Source: Octopus vulgaris | Taxonomy: Eukaryota | Assembly: GCA_951406725.2 (NCBI GenBank) | Contig: OX597820.1 | Coordinates: forward strand, 69,440,001 to 69,504,000 | Length of the DNA stretch: 64,000 nt | Direction of reading: 5' to 3' | Shown here: piece by piece, positions 1-13,670 of the stretch | Layout of the letters: the number at the start of each line of letters is the position of its first letter | Position numbering within the stretch: position 1 is the first letter of the stretch | The notes under the pieces: model-generated | What the model was told of the DNA's origin: nothing | Seen by the model: the letters and a program-made list of their open reading frames with translations, nothing else | Database searches by the model: none | Translations under genes and position numbers: made by a program

Positions 1-965
1 GATGGTCTTTGTAAAAACACAATATAAGACTACAATTGGCATTTGCTCTATATTTCTAGCGAATTCGCAAATACTTGGAGAAGCAGTTGCTTATTAGAAC
101 CATGTAATGAAAATAAATAATTTTAAAAAGGTAACCGACAAGATTACAGAGAAAAGTGTTACCGATAGACACAGTCTCTTCTCTTAGTAATATCGATAAG
201 ACTGTACATAAGTTTCAGAGTACATGAGACACGGGTAGCTTTAAGAGAATCATGTCTCTTCTAAGAGAAGAAATTTTTCCAAAATAGATTACGAAAGCTA
301 TGGTAAGATTATCGTGCTCGGATCAATTATCCAAGACTGAAAGTGTCTCCTCAAAGTCTATGAATCTTTGGTAAACATGTAAATGCTATTTTCTGTTTGT
401 TTTTATTTTACATGGAAACAGAACCAAAGAAACAACAACAATACATAGCTATTTTGCTTTTTGATGCTGTTGCTCTTATAACGATGCTGATGATATTGTA
501 ATTGGGGTACTAAATCATCAGAGACAAATGCAAGACTTTATCTTCAACAATCTCAGCTCATTTGTTTTAGCTTTCGTTATTTTGATAGAATAGTATCATG
601 TATGTAGAAGAGACGTACCTCTCAAAATGAAGACTACATGATCATTACGTTCTGGAAGTGGCCATCAAATCGATATAAATGCTATTATTTTCACTGCAAG
701 TTTTCTTCCTCACAACCAAAGCGACAACACCATTTCTTTCAAGAGAAACATTCTTAATTCTTCTATGATCTGTCCTATATTAATAACAAGCCATTAAATT
801 CAAGACTACGGCCATCATAGTAATGAAAGCAAGGTCAGTCACGTGAAATAGTGAGGATGGTTTTTTTAATAACAAAATAGCAAGTTTAAAAATGTAGGCT
901 TCACACCATTAACGACTCTCTATAATATTTAACAATGTGTTGGGTAACCAATGTAGACTTTATCA

Positions 966-1265
966 TGGCACAGTGGTTAGAACATCGGGTTCGCAATCAT
1001 GTGGTAGTGTGTTCGATTCTCGGACCGGGTTGTGTTGTGTTCTTGAGCGAGACACTTTATTTTACATTGTTCCAGTACACTTAACTGTAGAAATGAGTTG
1101 CAACGTCATTGGTGCCAAAAGGTATTAGCCTTTGTCTTTCTCTAGGCTGATATGCGTGGGCGACTGCTGATCTTCCATAAACAATCATGGCCAGACTTGT
1201 ACCTCAGAGGGGAACTTTCTAGATACAATCGCATGGTCATTCCTGACTGAAGGGGTTCTTTACCC
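966..1265 (+). mobile_element. tRNA-derived CORE-like SINE (group C) with RTE-like tail
   Basis: A box tggcacagtggtt, B box gttcgattc, core gtgttcttgagcgagacactttatttt shared with the 43697 copy; tail caatcgcatggtcattcctgactgaagggg. Confidence 0.75.
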
Positions 1266-3525
1266 GAGTGTGTCAAAAGCGAAGCAAGCTGGCAGACCCC
1301 ATCACCTCGAGACTGTCGAATGAAAGCGATATCTTTACCATGTATCTGCTAATTTAGTAAGTTCAAGAAGTGACGGAATTTAAATGATATTCCCAGAAAT
1401 CGAATCTACATCACAGATTGTGTCTTCCCTCACATTCTGCAACCGTACACGTCATTCAATAAATAAATAAATAGATAAATAAATAAATATAATTGAATAT
1501 ATAAATAAATTCGTCTGATGATCATTTTTATTTAAAATGTTAGGCCTGCGTGAGATTTTCTATTATTTGGTATTTAACAGATTTAATAGAATCGACTGCT
1601 AGTGTGGCAGATTAATGTCACAGATCATTAAGTTTGACCAACGACTAAGTCTAAATATATAGCTGAGAATGTATTTGAATATTGCGATAATTGATGGAGA
1701 AAAATACAGGCTAATAACAATCACTAAATAATTAGAACATTGCAATGGTTGTGATACATGTCTGACAACTAGAGAGAGAATAAGAAGGGGAAAGAGAGGG
1801 GCAGTGAGAGGTACAAAGAGAGATTTGAAAACCTGTAAAGTCACTGAATTATTAATACAACGCTGAGACATTTACTAAGATGCTGTAGAGAAAGATTTTG
1901 ATAATAAAATGCTGATTAGTAAAATATTCACTTTTGAGACATTGCAATTACAATAGTGATATTTCTAAGCCACTGAACATCAAAAGACTACCTCAAGAGA
2001 CGATGCTTTAATAAACTGACGAATAGCATACGGATCGAGCAATAAGAGTGGAGGTGGGGGGTCTTAACTGTTGGAGAGTAATATAGAATCTTTATTCATT
2101 GTATACTTTAATTACCATAAGCACACACACACACATACACACACTCAAGCACACCATAATCGTTATTCTACTAATTAGCATATATTTCTAAACTAAATTA
2201 ATTCTATTCAATTATTGCAATAACATTACAAGCTCCAGTAATCGAAGCTCTGAACTCTGTAAATCCCTCCAGTAAACAACAAGAAATATGTTAGACAAAT
2301 AAATCACCTGTTTCCAGCAATAGTTTAAACAACGTTTAATCAAGTAAATATTCAACATTGTTAAAGCGGTTTTCCCCAGTTTCCTGACCTTATAAATATT
2401 ATAGGAAGGAAGAGAATATAATTTTGATTTTATGTCAATGCTATCATAGAAAATGTCAATTCCTGAATTAGATAATCTAATAGAAACTGAACCTCTTATT
2501 TTATTTAGTAATGTTTTGTGACCAGAAGAGAATGAAATAACCCACCATCCCCCTGCACTTTCTAAAACATAATTTAGAAATATCTAGTTATAAATTTAAA
2601 TAATTTGAACACATTTAATGGGGTTATGCGAAACCTCTCTTCCCTGTATAACTGGTTGTATGATTGTTTATACATATATTTGAATACATCATTATGGAAA
2701 TTAGATTCTTGCTCTCTTTTTACTTTCATTCTTCCTCTCTTTCATTATTCCATTCTTCAAGGATAACTAAAAACAATAATAAATAAATAAATAAAAGCGG
2801 GAAGCCATAAATCTCAGTTTTTCTTATTTCTACTCGTCCACCTATACCAACTTTTTCCTTCATTTCTTTTTCTCTTTTTTTCTTCTTTAATTTCTAGGCT
2901 TGTTGGTTATTTGTTGTAAGATAGGAAATATTAGGACATTTAGCTGCTGTCAACAACTGCTAGTATTATTTGTGTTTATTATGGAGGGTCGGGGGTCGTA
3001 AATGGGGGAGGAGAAGAGAATAACAGAAAATTAGCAACATCAAGGTGGGCGTTTCAACTCTATTCTTCCTATCTGTCTGACCTATTTCTAACACACATTA
3101 TCTTATTATTTTTTATCTTTTCTCAAGTTAATCACAGTTACTAAAAGTCGTGGCAAAATCCACACTAACATCCACTCATTTCTTTCCCTAATTTTCTTAT
3201 ATCGTTCTTACTTCTATTCATAAATTTATCCTCTCATTCACATTCCCTTTCTCTCCCTTTCTCTCCCTTTCTCTCCCATTCTCTCCCTTACATACTTTCT
3301 CTATTTCTTTGTCACACTGCTTTTTTTTTTTCATGCAGATTTCTTCCCGTTCTTTTCTTTTTTATCTCCTGATTTCTCTATTTCCCCGTTCCTCTTTTAC
3401 TCATTTGTTCAAATTCCTTTCATTGTGCACCTGTTTATGTCACATTTGAAGTAAAGACGTGGAAAATATAATCAGCAGCGGCATTAAGAGCATAAATAAA
3501 TAAGCAGACACTGACAAGAAATATA

Positions 3526-4234
3526 CTGATACCTCACAGTACGAGCTTAATTCGTTCCATGACCGAGCGCGTCTTACGATTTACTCGTTATACAAATCAA
3601 TTTTCCACATTGAAATTATCTAAAATATAATTAATCCGTTCCAGCCTCCCAAAACAACTCCAAAATAATTTTTTATGGGTTTTAAAACAGGAAAGGTGTA
3701 GTTACGAGTAAAATTACATTTATAAAAAATGGAATACATAGCTTGCTTACCAACCATAAGGTTCCGGGTGTATGGCACCTTGGGCAATTGTCTTCTACTA
3801 TAGCCTCGGGCCGACCAAAGCCTTGTGAGTGGATTTGGTAGACAGAAACTGAAAGAAGCCCGTCGTATATATGTATAGGTGTGTATATGTTTGTGTGTCT
3901 GTGTTTGTCCCCCCAACATCGCTTGACAACCGATGGTGGTGTGTTTACGTCCCCCGTAACTTAGCAGTTCGGCAAAAGAGACCTATTGAATAAGTACTAT
4001 GCTTTCAAAGAATAAGTCCTGGGGCCAATTTACTCTACGAAAGGCGCTGCTCCAGTATGACCGCAGTCAAATGACTGAAACAAGTAAAGAGAGAGTAAAC
4101 TGGTTTTATTTACTGAATTACCTTAAGGTTGGACGATTTGTGTGCTCGTACTTCTAGACAAAAATTCGCACGAGTCTCGGCTCGTACAACATATTACTCG
4201 TACAATTTTGCACTCGTACTGCGAAGTTCTACTG
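3526..4234. mobile_element. Tigger/pogo-like non-autonomous DNA transposon, interrupted by a SINE
   Basis: Imperfect TIRs (acctcacagtacgag ~3531-3545; ctcgtactgcgaagttctactg 4213-4234), flanking TA, repeated subterminal ctcgta motifs. Confidence 0.65.
3739..4093 (+). mobile_element. tRNA-derived SINE group A (CORE-like ccttgggcaa, internal microsatellite, CR1-like tail)
   Basis: Collinear with copies at 26547 and 59367; tail gctccagtatgaccgcagtcaaatgactgaaacaagtaaaga. Confidence 0.9.
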
Positions 4235-4276
4235 TATATAGTGACGTATGGCCTTGTACCTTTAGTAGAAAGGATA

Positions 4277-4642
4277 AAGGCTGCAAGCTGGCAGAATCGT
4301 TAGCACGCCGGGCGAAATGCGTAGCCGTATTTCGTCTGCCGTTACGTTCTGAGTACAAATTCCGCCGAGGTCGACTTTGCCTTTCAGCCTTTCGGGATCG
4401 ATAAATTAAGTACCAGTTACGCACTGGGGTCGATATAATCGACTTAATCCGTTTGTCTGTCCTTGTTTGTCCCCTCTGTGTTTAGCCCCTTGTGGGTAGT
4501 AAAGAAATAGGTATTTCGTCTGTCTTTACGTTCTGAGTTCAAATTCCACTGAGGTCGACTTTTCCTTTCAGGGGTCGATAAATTAAGAACTAGTTGCGTA
4601 CTGTGGTCGATGCACTCGACTGGCCCCCTCCCGCCAAATTTA
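4277..4642 (+). mobile_element. SINE group B (Meta/MESC-like core), internally duplicated
   Basis: tRNA-like head gctggcagaatcg...gagtacaaattcc; core gaggtcgactttgcctttcagcctttcgggatcgataaattaagtaccag resembles the Meta domain; B box+core repeated at ~4511-4620. Confidence 0.85.
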
Positions 4643-6437
4643 AATACCTATAAAGAGTATGAAATAAATTTAGTATAGAAATGAGGAGACGAGAAGGAAA
4701 CGGAATATCAGAAACGAAACATACGTAGTTCTTTTCGTTTTCAACTGTTTTCTGTTATACCCCCCGTTTATCTCCCCTTAACTCTTATTTTGTTTTCTGG
4801 AGTCTATTATATAAAGATCCCAGCAGAGTTAAGGTGGAACCTTTTTAACGTATTATTGCTAAAACGAGAGGTTAAGATTTGAATGAGATCAACCTCTTAT
4901 AATGATAGATATTCATTATCAATCACAATTGAACAATGGAAACAAAAAGGCGCTAAAACAAATAACTCTGAGATGGTAGTGGCTTTTATTTGAAAAAATA
5001 TGCAGGTATATCAAATTCCATAAGGCATAATGTCTTGACTTATTAAAAATCTCCGCCTCTAGAGGATGTACTATAATTACCAAATATCAATTAAGACCAG
5101 CAATTATTGAAAAGGGGAGACCAGGATTACACTTAACTATACTGATCAAAAATTCTTCGTATTTGCTAACGTTCGATTGCATTCCGGTGAAATTGTAAAA
5201 ATGGAAAGAAATATAAAAATTTGGAAAAGCTTCTCGATGAATCCTTAAAGGAAATGCCCTTTGTTACAGTGAAAGGCACACTCTTTAATTGACTTAATGA
5301 AGTTAATGATTTACATTGTAATTAGCACCGAATTCAGAGAAATGACATTAAATTAATAGTAAGATTTTTTTATAGCGAGAGAGTGTTTAATAGAGGGAAG
5401 AAGATTAATTATAATCTCTTAGTTTGGAAAATACAATCTTCATACTTATTGAGAAATTGATTATTGAGAAATGTTTTAACTTGTCAAGCCTGGTTTAGTA
5501 GCAACAACTACGTAAATTGAAATAGTATACGAAAGCGGAAAAAAAGTATTCAACGTGACTATCTATACGATATTTGAGTAATTGTTAAAAATCACACTTT
5601 CTATTAGTTTGGTTAAGAATAACACTGAATAAGTTTGCAAGATATTTTTGTATTTTTTCATAACAGACATCCACTTAACCCGACGTTTTATTCATAGATA
5701 TTCGTTCATACAGTTTCGTGTTACAAGGTTCGACTTAGGTACTAAAATCTACCAAACTAAATTTAGTTCGGGAGACGATCACCCTCACATTCTTCTTATA
5801 CTCTGCCTGTCTCTGTCCCTCTCCATCTCACACAGTCTTTTTTTTTTATCGGTTTCACCTCGAGGTGTAAGTGGAAAAACGTTCAGTTCAAGCAATTGAC
5901 GGGATATGACTTCAGTAAAGAATCTTTGATTCTTTATCACAGATGCCAATATCTTTTTATTCTGCGGCTATTGCATCTGCTATGAATAGATACATTTAAT
6001 TGTGCACAGTACATGCATACAAATATAAAGGTAACACAGCCATTGCTTTATATACATTATAGACAAGGTATTATATATACATTTCTACCAACATACACAC
6101 ACACAAACACACACACATATGTAAGTATATTGCGTGTACCAACATTTTGCATGCAACCAAGTTCAATATATTGCAAGTACTTATTTAAGTATATATCTAT
6201 CATGTCGTTCGTTACTTTATTTGTTACTTAAATTTGTTGTCTGTGTAAAAGAAGGAAACAACTCTAACAGTCTCCGTTAACTATTAACGCCGTTATATCA
6301 TTTACCAGTGCTTTCTACACAAACTTTAAATGCAGTGGCTGTTTGAAATACAGACATACATTATATATATGTGTATATATATGCGTGTGCGTGTGTGTGT
6401 TTGTGTGCGTGCGTGTGTTTATGAGTGTGTATATGTA

Positions 6438-6494
<57 letters not shown>

Positions 6495-7516
6495 CTGTTG
6501 TTTGGGTTGCATGCATAAAGAAATGACCCGGCAGATCATCTGATGAAATAGTCTTCTTTTTCTAGTTCGCTAAATTTCAATTGAGACGCATAAAGATATA
6601 GCAAAGTAAAGAAATTCAATAAAAAAGAAAAAAAGAGAAAAAGAAACAAGTCGAGTAAATAGAAATATCTGTTAGTATGTTGTGTAAAAGAAACAATATG
6701 TAGATAAAGAAAAAATAAAACTGAGCAAAAGCAGGAAGCAAATGATTGGATATAAAAGTTTAAATTCTAATATATGTTTGACAAATTGGAAGAAGATGGC
6801 TAAATTAGATTTCGTCCAATATATACAATAGGGTTTCCTTCCTAATTCACTTCTATGCAGCCGTATTAATGTAAGCATTATTTCTCCTCCATTGGAACCC
6901 GAATAACAAGGTAGATGAATCGTTTGAAGTTTGCTCGCCATGAAATGCTAGAATGGGGTATATTATTAAGAAGCTTCCATCATTCGAATCTATCTTAGAA
7001 GGTGAGAAGCTGTGCCAAGGAAATAGCTTTGAAATCAAATTACGCTTTACGATATGGAAAGCGGGAGAGCAGTATGTGCTGCCAAGAGGCCTTTTTACTT
7101 CGTGATGGAATCGTTACTTGTCACGCCATTGGTATATCCCCAGCTACTTAAGTCCATGCCATTGGACAGCAGCAATTCGATATTTTAGCTAAACTACAAA
7201 ATGAAAAGGAATCAAAAGTCAGTAAACGCAAGTCTTTCTACAAAAGCAAAGCTATATTCAGCTTGCTACACAACACAAACATATTTAAAAGGAACGGTGT
7301 TTTCTTCCGAGTAAACATGTTTTAAATTTATTCCATACATTAAATTATTTATTCAATTTTCATTTTTAAAAGTAAGATCTATCTTGCTGCTATATTTCTG
7401 TCAAGCATTCTTATAAATTTGTGTTTGTATTTGTCCTATTATTATGATTTATATTAATTGTAATGACATCTAATTTATATAACGATCAATTAAACCTCAT
7501 ATAACTTTCTTTACAG

Positions 7517-7721
7517 CAGGCATCCGGCCCAAAAATGAAAACAATAAAGATATTGTAATATCAGGAGTGACTGCCCCAACAGATGTTTTCTGCTCTGTAC
7601 CTGGCCGTCTTTCCTTGCTCAGTTCAACGTCCAAATATAAAGTGACCGTTGCAGAAGTTCAAAGACGGTTATCTCCCCCAGAATGTCTAAATGCATCACT
7701 GCTAGGAGGCGTTCTGAGACG
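7517..7721 (+). CDS. TFAP2: AP-2 (TFAP2) coding exon, first recognisable in window; start of basic DNA-binding region
   Basis: Pyrimidine tract + ttacAG/cAG acceptor (exon start 7517 or 7520), donor CG|GTAAGT at 7722. Translates [68 protein letters not shown], the hallmark AP-2 motif. Absent from the ORF track in this frame. Confidence 0.97.
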
Positions 7722-8140
7722 GTAAGTGAAAATATTATTTTGGAACAGCATCTTCCCAAATGTCTCTCAGCCCCGCCACAATTATTGAAAAAGAGCCCCC
7801 CTCCCCGCAAAACCCTCCCAAAGAAACAAAAACAAACCATTGAGATGGATAACCATTTACTATAAAGAAATACTTAGTAAAGAAGTAAGAATTAGTGACT
7901 GAAAAAATCATAACTTCGAATGTAATTACTTTATCAACCATTGCACATCGCAGTTAAATCTTAAAATTTTAATGAAGTTAAAGGCACCAATCTCTCGGAT
8001 ACTTTATGCATAAATATATATTCAAAATCGAGTATCAAATAACCTAGGTGAGTTAATATCTATAGCAATTTAGACACACACACATATATATGTATGTACG
8101 TATATGTATATATATATATATATATGTGTGTGAGTGTATG

Positions 8141-8175
<35 letters not shown>

Positions 8176-8435
8176 TTGAGAACAAAAGAGCTGCAGAAGT
8201 TCAAATAAAGAGATTCTGATTTTCATATCGGTATGCACAATCGTAGACGTTGTACAAGAAAGAGGAATGCTAAGATGTTTTATAGTTAGTGCATGCATAG
8301 CTGCATTCATTCATACACGAGTATGTATGTAAATATACATGTAGTGTAACTTAATTATACGTATACGTATATATGTATATATATATATATATATGTATAC
8401 ATATACATATATACATATGCATGTATATATTAATA

Positions 8436-8483
<48 letters not shown>

Positions 8484-9383
8484 GTATACATATACATATG
8501 CATATAGATATGTATTAATATATATATATATATATACACATATATATATACACATATATATATACATGTATGTATATATGCATGTATGTGTATATGTGTA
8601 TACATGCATACAAACACATAGAATATAAAGTTTGCATATTCATACATGCACTCACATCTCCGTATGCGCAAATATATATGTATATATATATGTATATATA
8701 TATATATATGTGTGTGTGTGCGTGCGTACGTGTGTGTGTGTGTGTGTAACGAATAATATTTGAATGAATGTTCCTCTGAGTGAGTTAACTATTGTATCTA
8801 TGAATTTAATGCTTTCTATGAATGCAGTCATATATATTGCAGTATTGCAGCAAGTATAAACCTTCTTTCGCCAGAGGCAAAATGCTTTGCGTACAGCAAT
8901 CAGAAAAAAAAAGAACACAAAACAAAACAACAATTTTTTAAAAAAGTAAAATAAAAAAAACAAACTTTAATTTACTTTTTAAAATATACCATAAGTTCAC
9001 AACTCAAAGACTTCGTTACAGCGCAACTAATAGCAACTACATGAATGAAAAAACAACAAAAAACAATGAAATAATCATAAAAGCAATAACGTTTTTTTTT
9101 TACTTCTTCTAGATGACGAAGAATGAAGTGTAATTTCATATACACACATTCACACACACACACTCACACAGACGCACGTACACACACTATATATATACAT
9201 GTGCTAAACTCTCGCCAACACACACATGGAGAGATATATGTTTATACATACTCCAATACATACATACATAGACAAAGACATATTCATGCATATTGAGACA
9301 CATACAAACACACGTACGTATATATATATATATATATACATTTACACACATATATGTGTATAAATATGCACATATCAATATCA

Positions 9384-9420
<37 letters not shown>

Positions 9421-9431
9421 TATATATATAT

Positions 9432-9494
<63 letters not shown>

Positions 9495-9651
9495 TGTATA
9501 TATGCCTAGGTGTGTGAGAGAGGGTATGAGGGAAAGAGAAAGCCTCTGCGATTTATTCTTTTGTTTCTCCTGAATTCTTTAAGGCATTTCATAAATCCTG
9601 TTTTACTCTACAATCGTTGTAACATATGCAGTACCACTTCTGCTGCCGCGC

Positions 9652-9700
9652 ACTACCACCACCACCACCACCACCACCACCAGTACCCCCACCAGTACCC

Positions 9701-9775
<75 letters not shown>
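9652..9775. repeat. Compound (CAC)n/(TAC)n microsatellite
   Basis: Directly visible. Confidence 0.95.
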
Positions 9776-10256
9776 ATGAAGTAAAAGGTTTCTTTCTTGT
9801 CGATGTGTGATGGTAATTGTATAAGGTGATAGAATAAAACCATCCCAACTAGCTTGTCGTCAACCGACTCAGAGAGTATTGACCATTACAAAAGAATAAG
9901 GCTTTTTTTAATAGAAAACTTGCTTTCTAACTTTATGGCGGTACCAATTTTATCCCACGCTTCCATAAGCTATTTTATATTTTACGAGGTCTTTATTGAA
10001 TTAAGTATATACAAATATGTATATATAAACGTATGTATATCACTTTGCCTCGACTAGATGTGATTGTTTCTGTATTTCTATAACTTATAAATTAGTTTTT
10101 ATTAATTCAATTTCTTCTACAGACCACATTTTGTATGGACAATATAAGGTCACCGTTTATGTTCCGTAACCTGGAACTCCTTTGTTACATTTTTGTAGCA
10201 TACCTTTGCACTAGAAGTTTCTTACCAACGGACGTGTACATACACACACACACACT

Positions 10257-10287
<31 letters not shown>

Positions 10288-10673
10288 ACACACACACACT
10301 CTCTCTCTCACACACACACACGTATCCATTTCATTCTAAGTGAGAATCAGTAATGTATTAGAATGTATAAGAAGCTATATTATTTCTTTCCAAATAACAA
10401 TGACTATATTATAATGTAAATTCATATGTTCAGAAGACATAAATTTTGTTTCTGCTACAATTTCACATCGTCTTCAGACATTTTCCAATTACGATTTAAT
10501 AACAAAACAATGACTTCACAGATAAAGATACCCAACAAATGTCTTTGCTTTAAATAGAAATCAGAAGATAAATGTATTTTTCTTGTTGCAGTTTTAATAT
10601 ATTGTGTACTCGCTTTTCATAACTTTTGTACCTTATTTATTCACGTTTATTTTTCATATCATCTTTTGTGCAG

Positions 10674-10792
10674 GGCCAAATCAAAGAATGGCGGTAGGTC
10701 TTTGAGAGAAAAACTGGAAAAGATAGGTCTTAGTTTGCCAGCAGGTCGACGGAAAGCCGCCAATGTTACTTTACTTACATCTTTGGTGGAAG
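10674..10792 (+). CDS. TFAP2: AP-2 coding exon (119 nt), basic region/helix 1
   Basis: ttttgtgCAG acceptor, G|GTAAGC donor; (R)[39 protein letters not shown](G); phase 2 in and phase 1 out match the neighbouring exons. Confidence 0.98.
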
Positions 10793-11817
10793 GTAAGCTC
10801 TTAACTCTGATAACAGCACGTATTTGTTATTCATTTCTCAGAAATGAAGTTTAAATTATTTGTAGTGAGACAGATTCGGTACGCTTTATGATGACATTTT
10901 CTGGAAGTTATCAAACAACACACACGCACACACACGCACACACTCTCTCACACACACATACGAACACACACAAGCACACACATACGGATTTCTAGATAGA
11001 TAGATATAGAAAAATAGATAGATAGAGAGAAAAGTACAGACAAAGAGATGAGGGAGTGAGGGAGGGAAGAAGAGGGAGTGAGAGGAAGAGAGTGAAGAGA
11101 GGAAGAGAGATCAACCTTCTAATTAATAGAGAAACATTGGTGTTTGTGATATACCTGCTTCTTCACATACGAATACAAACTCTAAAATTCGACACATTAC
11201 GCATGATCAAGGACACTGCAGCACTGGAAACATCATACTGTCTTTCAAAGCGCCGAGGGCTTTTAAATTAGGGACCGTATTATCATGAGATAAAAAAAAA
11301 ATTCTATGAGCATTTACCTGAAACTTAAATACTTGCACACGAACACCGTGATTGTTATAAAAATTAAAATGAAATTTATGCAAGTTGAAGGAAATCTGCC
11401 ATCATTGACCAAAGGATTACATAATAAGTCATTATAAATGATGGCAGGGTGAAATTTAAGTAAGATTTATCAGTTCTTTAATAGCGAGTCGAGGAAGAAG
11501 CCGAGTAATGCAGGACAACTTAATATAATAGATTACAGAAATAGATAAGTCTATTCTACGAGTACAAATGGCACACACACACACATATATATACACAAAA
11601 GTATATATATACTTGTATGTATATACATGTACATATGTATATATATGTATATAGAAGCACGCAGAATTAACTCAATGCAATATAAGGTGTTATTTTTTCT
11701 TTACTAGAAAGAAATCGAATGAAATATGGAAATGAAACAGAATAAAATAAATATTGTCTAGATATTATTTTATACACCTAGGGTGCATACATAATATATA
11801 CATACATATAAATATGT

Positions 11818-11884
<67 letters not shown>

Positions 11885-12275
11885 AATATATACATATATG
11901 TGTATGTAAATACATATAAATATGGTGTACATGTGTCTGTGTGTACGTATATGTATGTGTGTGCGTGTGTGAATTGTGTGTGTTTGCGTGTATGTGTGTA
12001 TGTGTGAAAAAACAACTCTTCTATAAATATAATATTATTCGTTATTACTTTATACGTTCAAGAGATATAAAACTAAAATTACAGTTAAATCCAAGGGGAT
12101 TTTGATTCAGAATTCTGAGACTTTAGGTCAATAAACATAAACATTGTAAGGAATTTTTTTTTACGGTTTCAATTGTTATTAACATCTTACTAAATTAAAT
12201 ATTGATCGGTTGGCAAATTATATTTATATTTTACGCCCCACACACATACACATACACACACATGCATACCAATCA

Positions 12276-12338
<63 letters not shown>

Positions 12339-12453
12339 GTTATTATCATTATTATCATTATTATCATTATGCCGTTTAAATAAAATTTGAAATCTCATTA
12401 GAACAGAAGAGCACTCATTACATTTGTGTGTGTGTATGTATGTATGTATGCAT

Positions 12454-12499
<46 letters not shown>

Positions 12500-13276
12500 T
12501 ACAGCTGCGGATTCCGTACACTTTCCGTGTTACTTAGTGTAAGGTCAACCTTGATTTTAACAGTTATTTGACAGCATGCATTGTGGCCCCGAAATCTTAT
12601 CTCTTTGTGTACCAAAGATTATATTGACTCTCTTGTCTCTCCTTTTATTTGAGTATAATTTATCATCTCAAGGAACGTCGCTGCCATTTCATTCGTGTTT
12701 CTGTAGTTGTTAAACCACGAGAGAGTTTCCATTGAGCAGAACTATAAATTGAAGACATACCGGCCGTTACTACGCTGTCTTATTACTGCGTTCAGTGAAT
12801 TCAGTTTTATCTTATCCGAAGCGTTTTCGTTTTAGGTTTGCTAAGACTATAAAGTGGAATTCGAAGTAGATTTGTTTAATAATCCTACCAAATCGAGTGA
12901 CCAATTCCCCCGGTTGGTTCATTTATTTTAACAGATAGTCTATAGGTGAAGCAAGCTCTTATATGTTCAAAGAAAGGGCATGTATGTGCAATGAGGAGGA
13001 TTTCCAGTTGAAACGCTGTTAAAGATGGAAGAGTATTCCAATTGCTCAGCTTTCAAGCTGCTTGTATGGTCAATCAAAACACTTAGTGACACATTCAATT
13101 AATGAGTCGCTTTTCTAAACAGCATACCGGTGCTGCTAATTAAGGAATATTTAATTACAATGAACGCGGCTGTCACATAGCCACGTCGCATTTACACGTG
13201 ATTTCCACTACGTTCTTTCTTTTCATTTCCTTTCTAACATTGAAGCAGTCTTTATTTCAATTCCATTCCATCATGT

Positions 13277-13614
13277 GACCTTTGCCTTTTATTCATCCCG
13301 GGTCGATAAAATAAAGAATCACTCAAGACGTAATGGAGTAGCTCATACTGACTAAGCCCCAGACCTCTCAAAATTGTTGGCCTTGTGCTAAAATTTGAAT
13401 CTATTCAATACAGTTATCTGGCAGATTCGTTATCTCACTGGACTAAATGCTTCGCGACATTTCTTCCGAATTTATGTTGCTGGTTCAAATGTCGCCGAGG
13501 TTGATTTGTCTATTATTCTTTCGGGATCGACAAAATATGAAAATATGTTCCAACGCAAGTAATTCACTTCCCCACCTCTTAAATTTTCTAGCCTTGCGCT
13601 TATAATAGAAAGTA

Positions 13615-13670
<56 letters not shown>
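13277..13670 (+). mobile_element. Two adjacent diverged group B SINE copies ending in (TTA)n
   Basis: 3' half at 13277-13401 (cccgggtcgataaa...ggccttgtgctaaaatttgaa), then a head-to-tail copy at ~13418-13613, then (TTA)n. Confidence 0.75.

Noticed and set aside
1-7500. Upstream AP-2 exons (PY activation motif, VIKK linker), e.g. aaaaag|gtaacc at ~130
   Set aside because: No open frame with AP-2 similarity and a proper acceptor; they probably lie upstream of the window.
7683-7865. ORF-track ORFs overlapping the first AP-2 exon
   Set aside because: Wrong frame or strand; the true frame is defined by AP-2 homology.
10425-10484. Minus-strand CTGAAGA...GAAAC...GTC hammerhead-like motif
   Set aside because: Stems I and II do not close properly next to the core.
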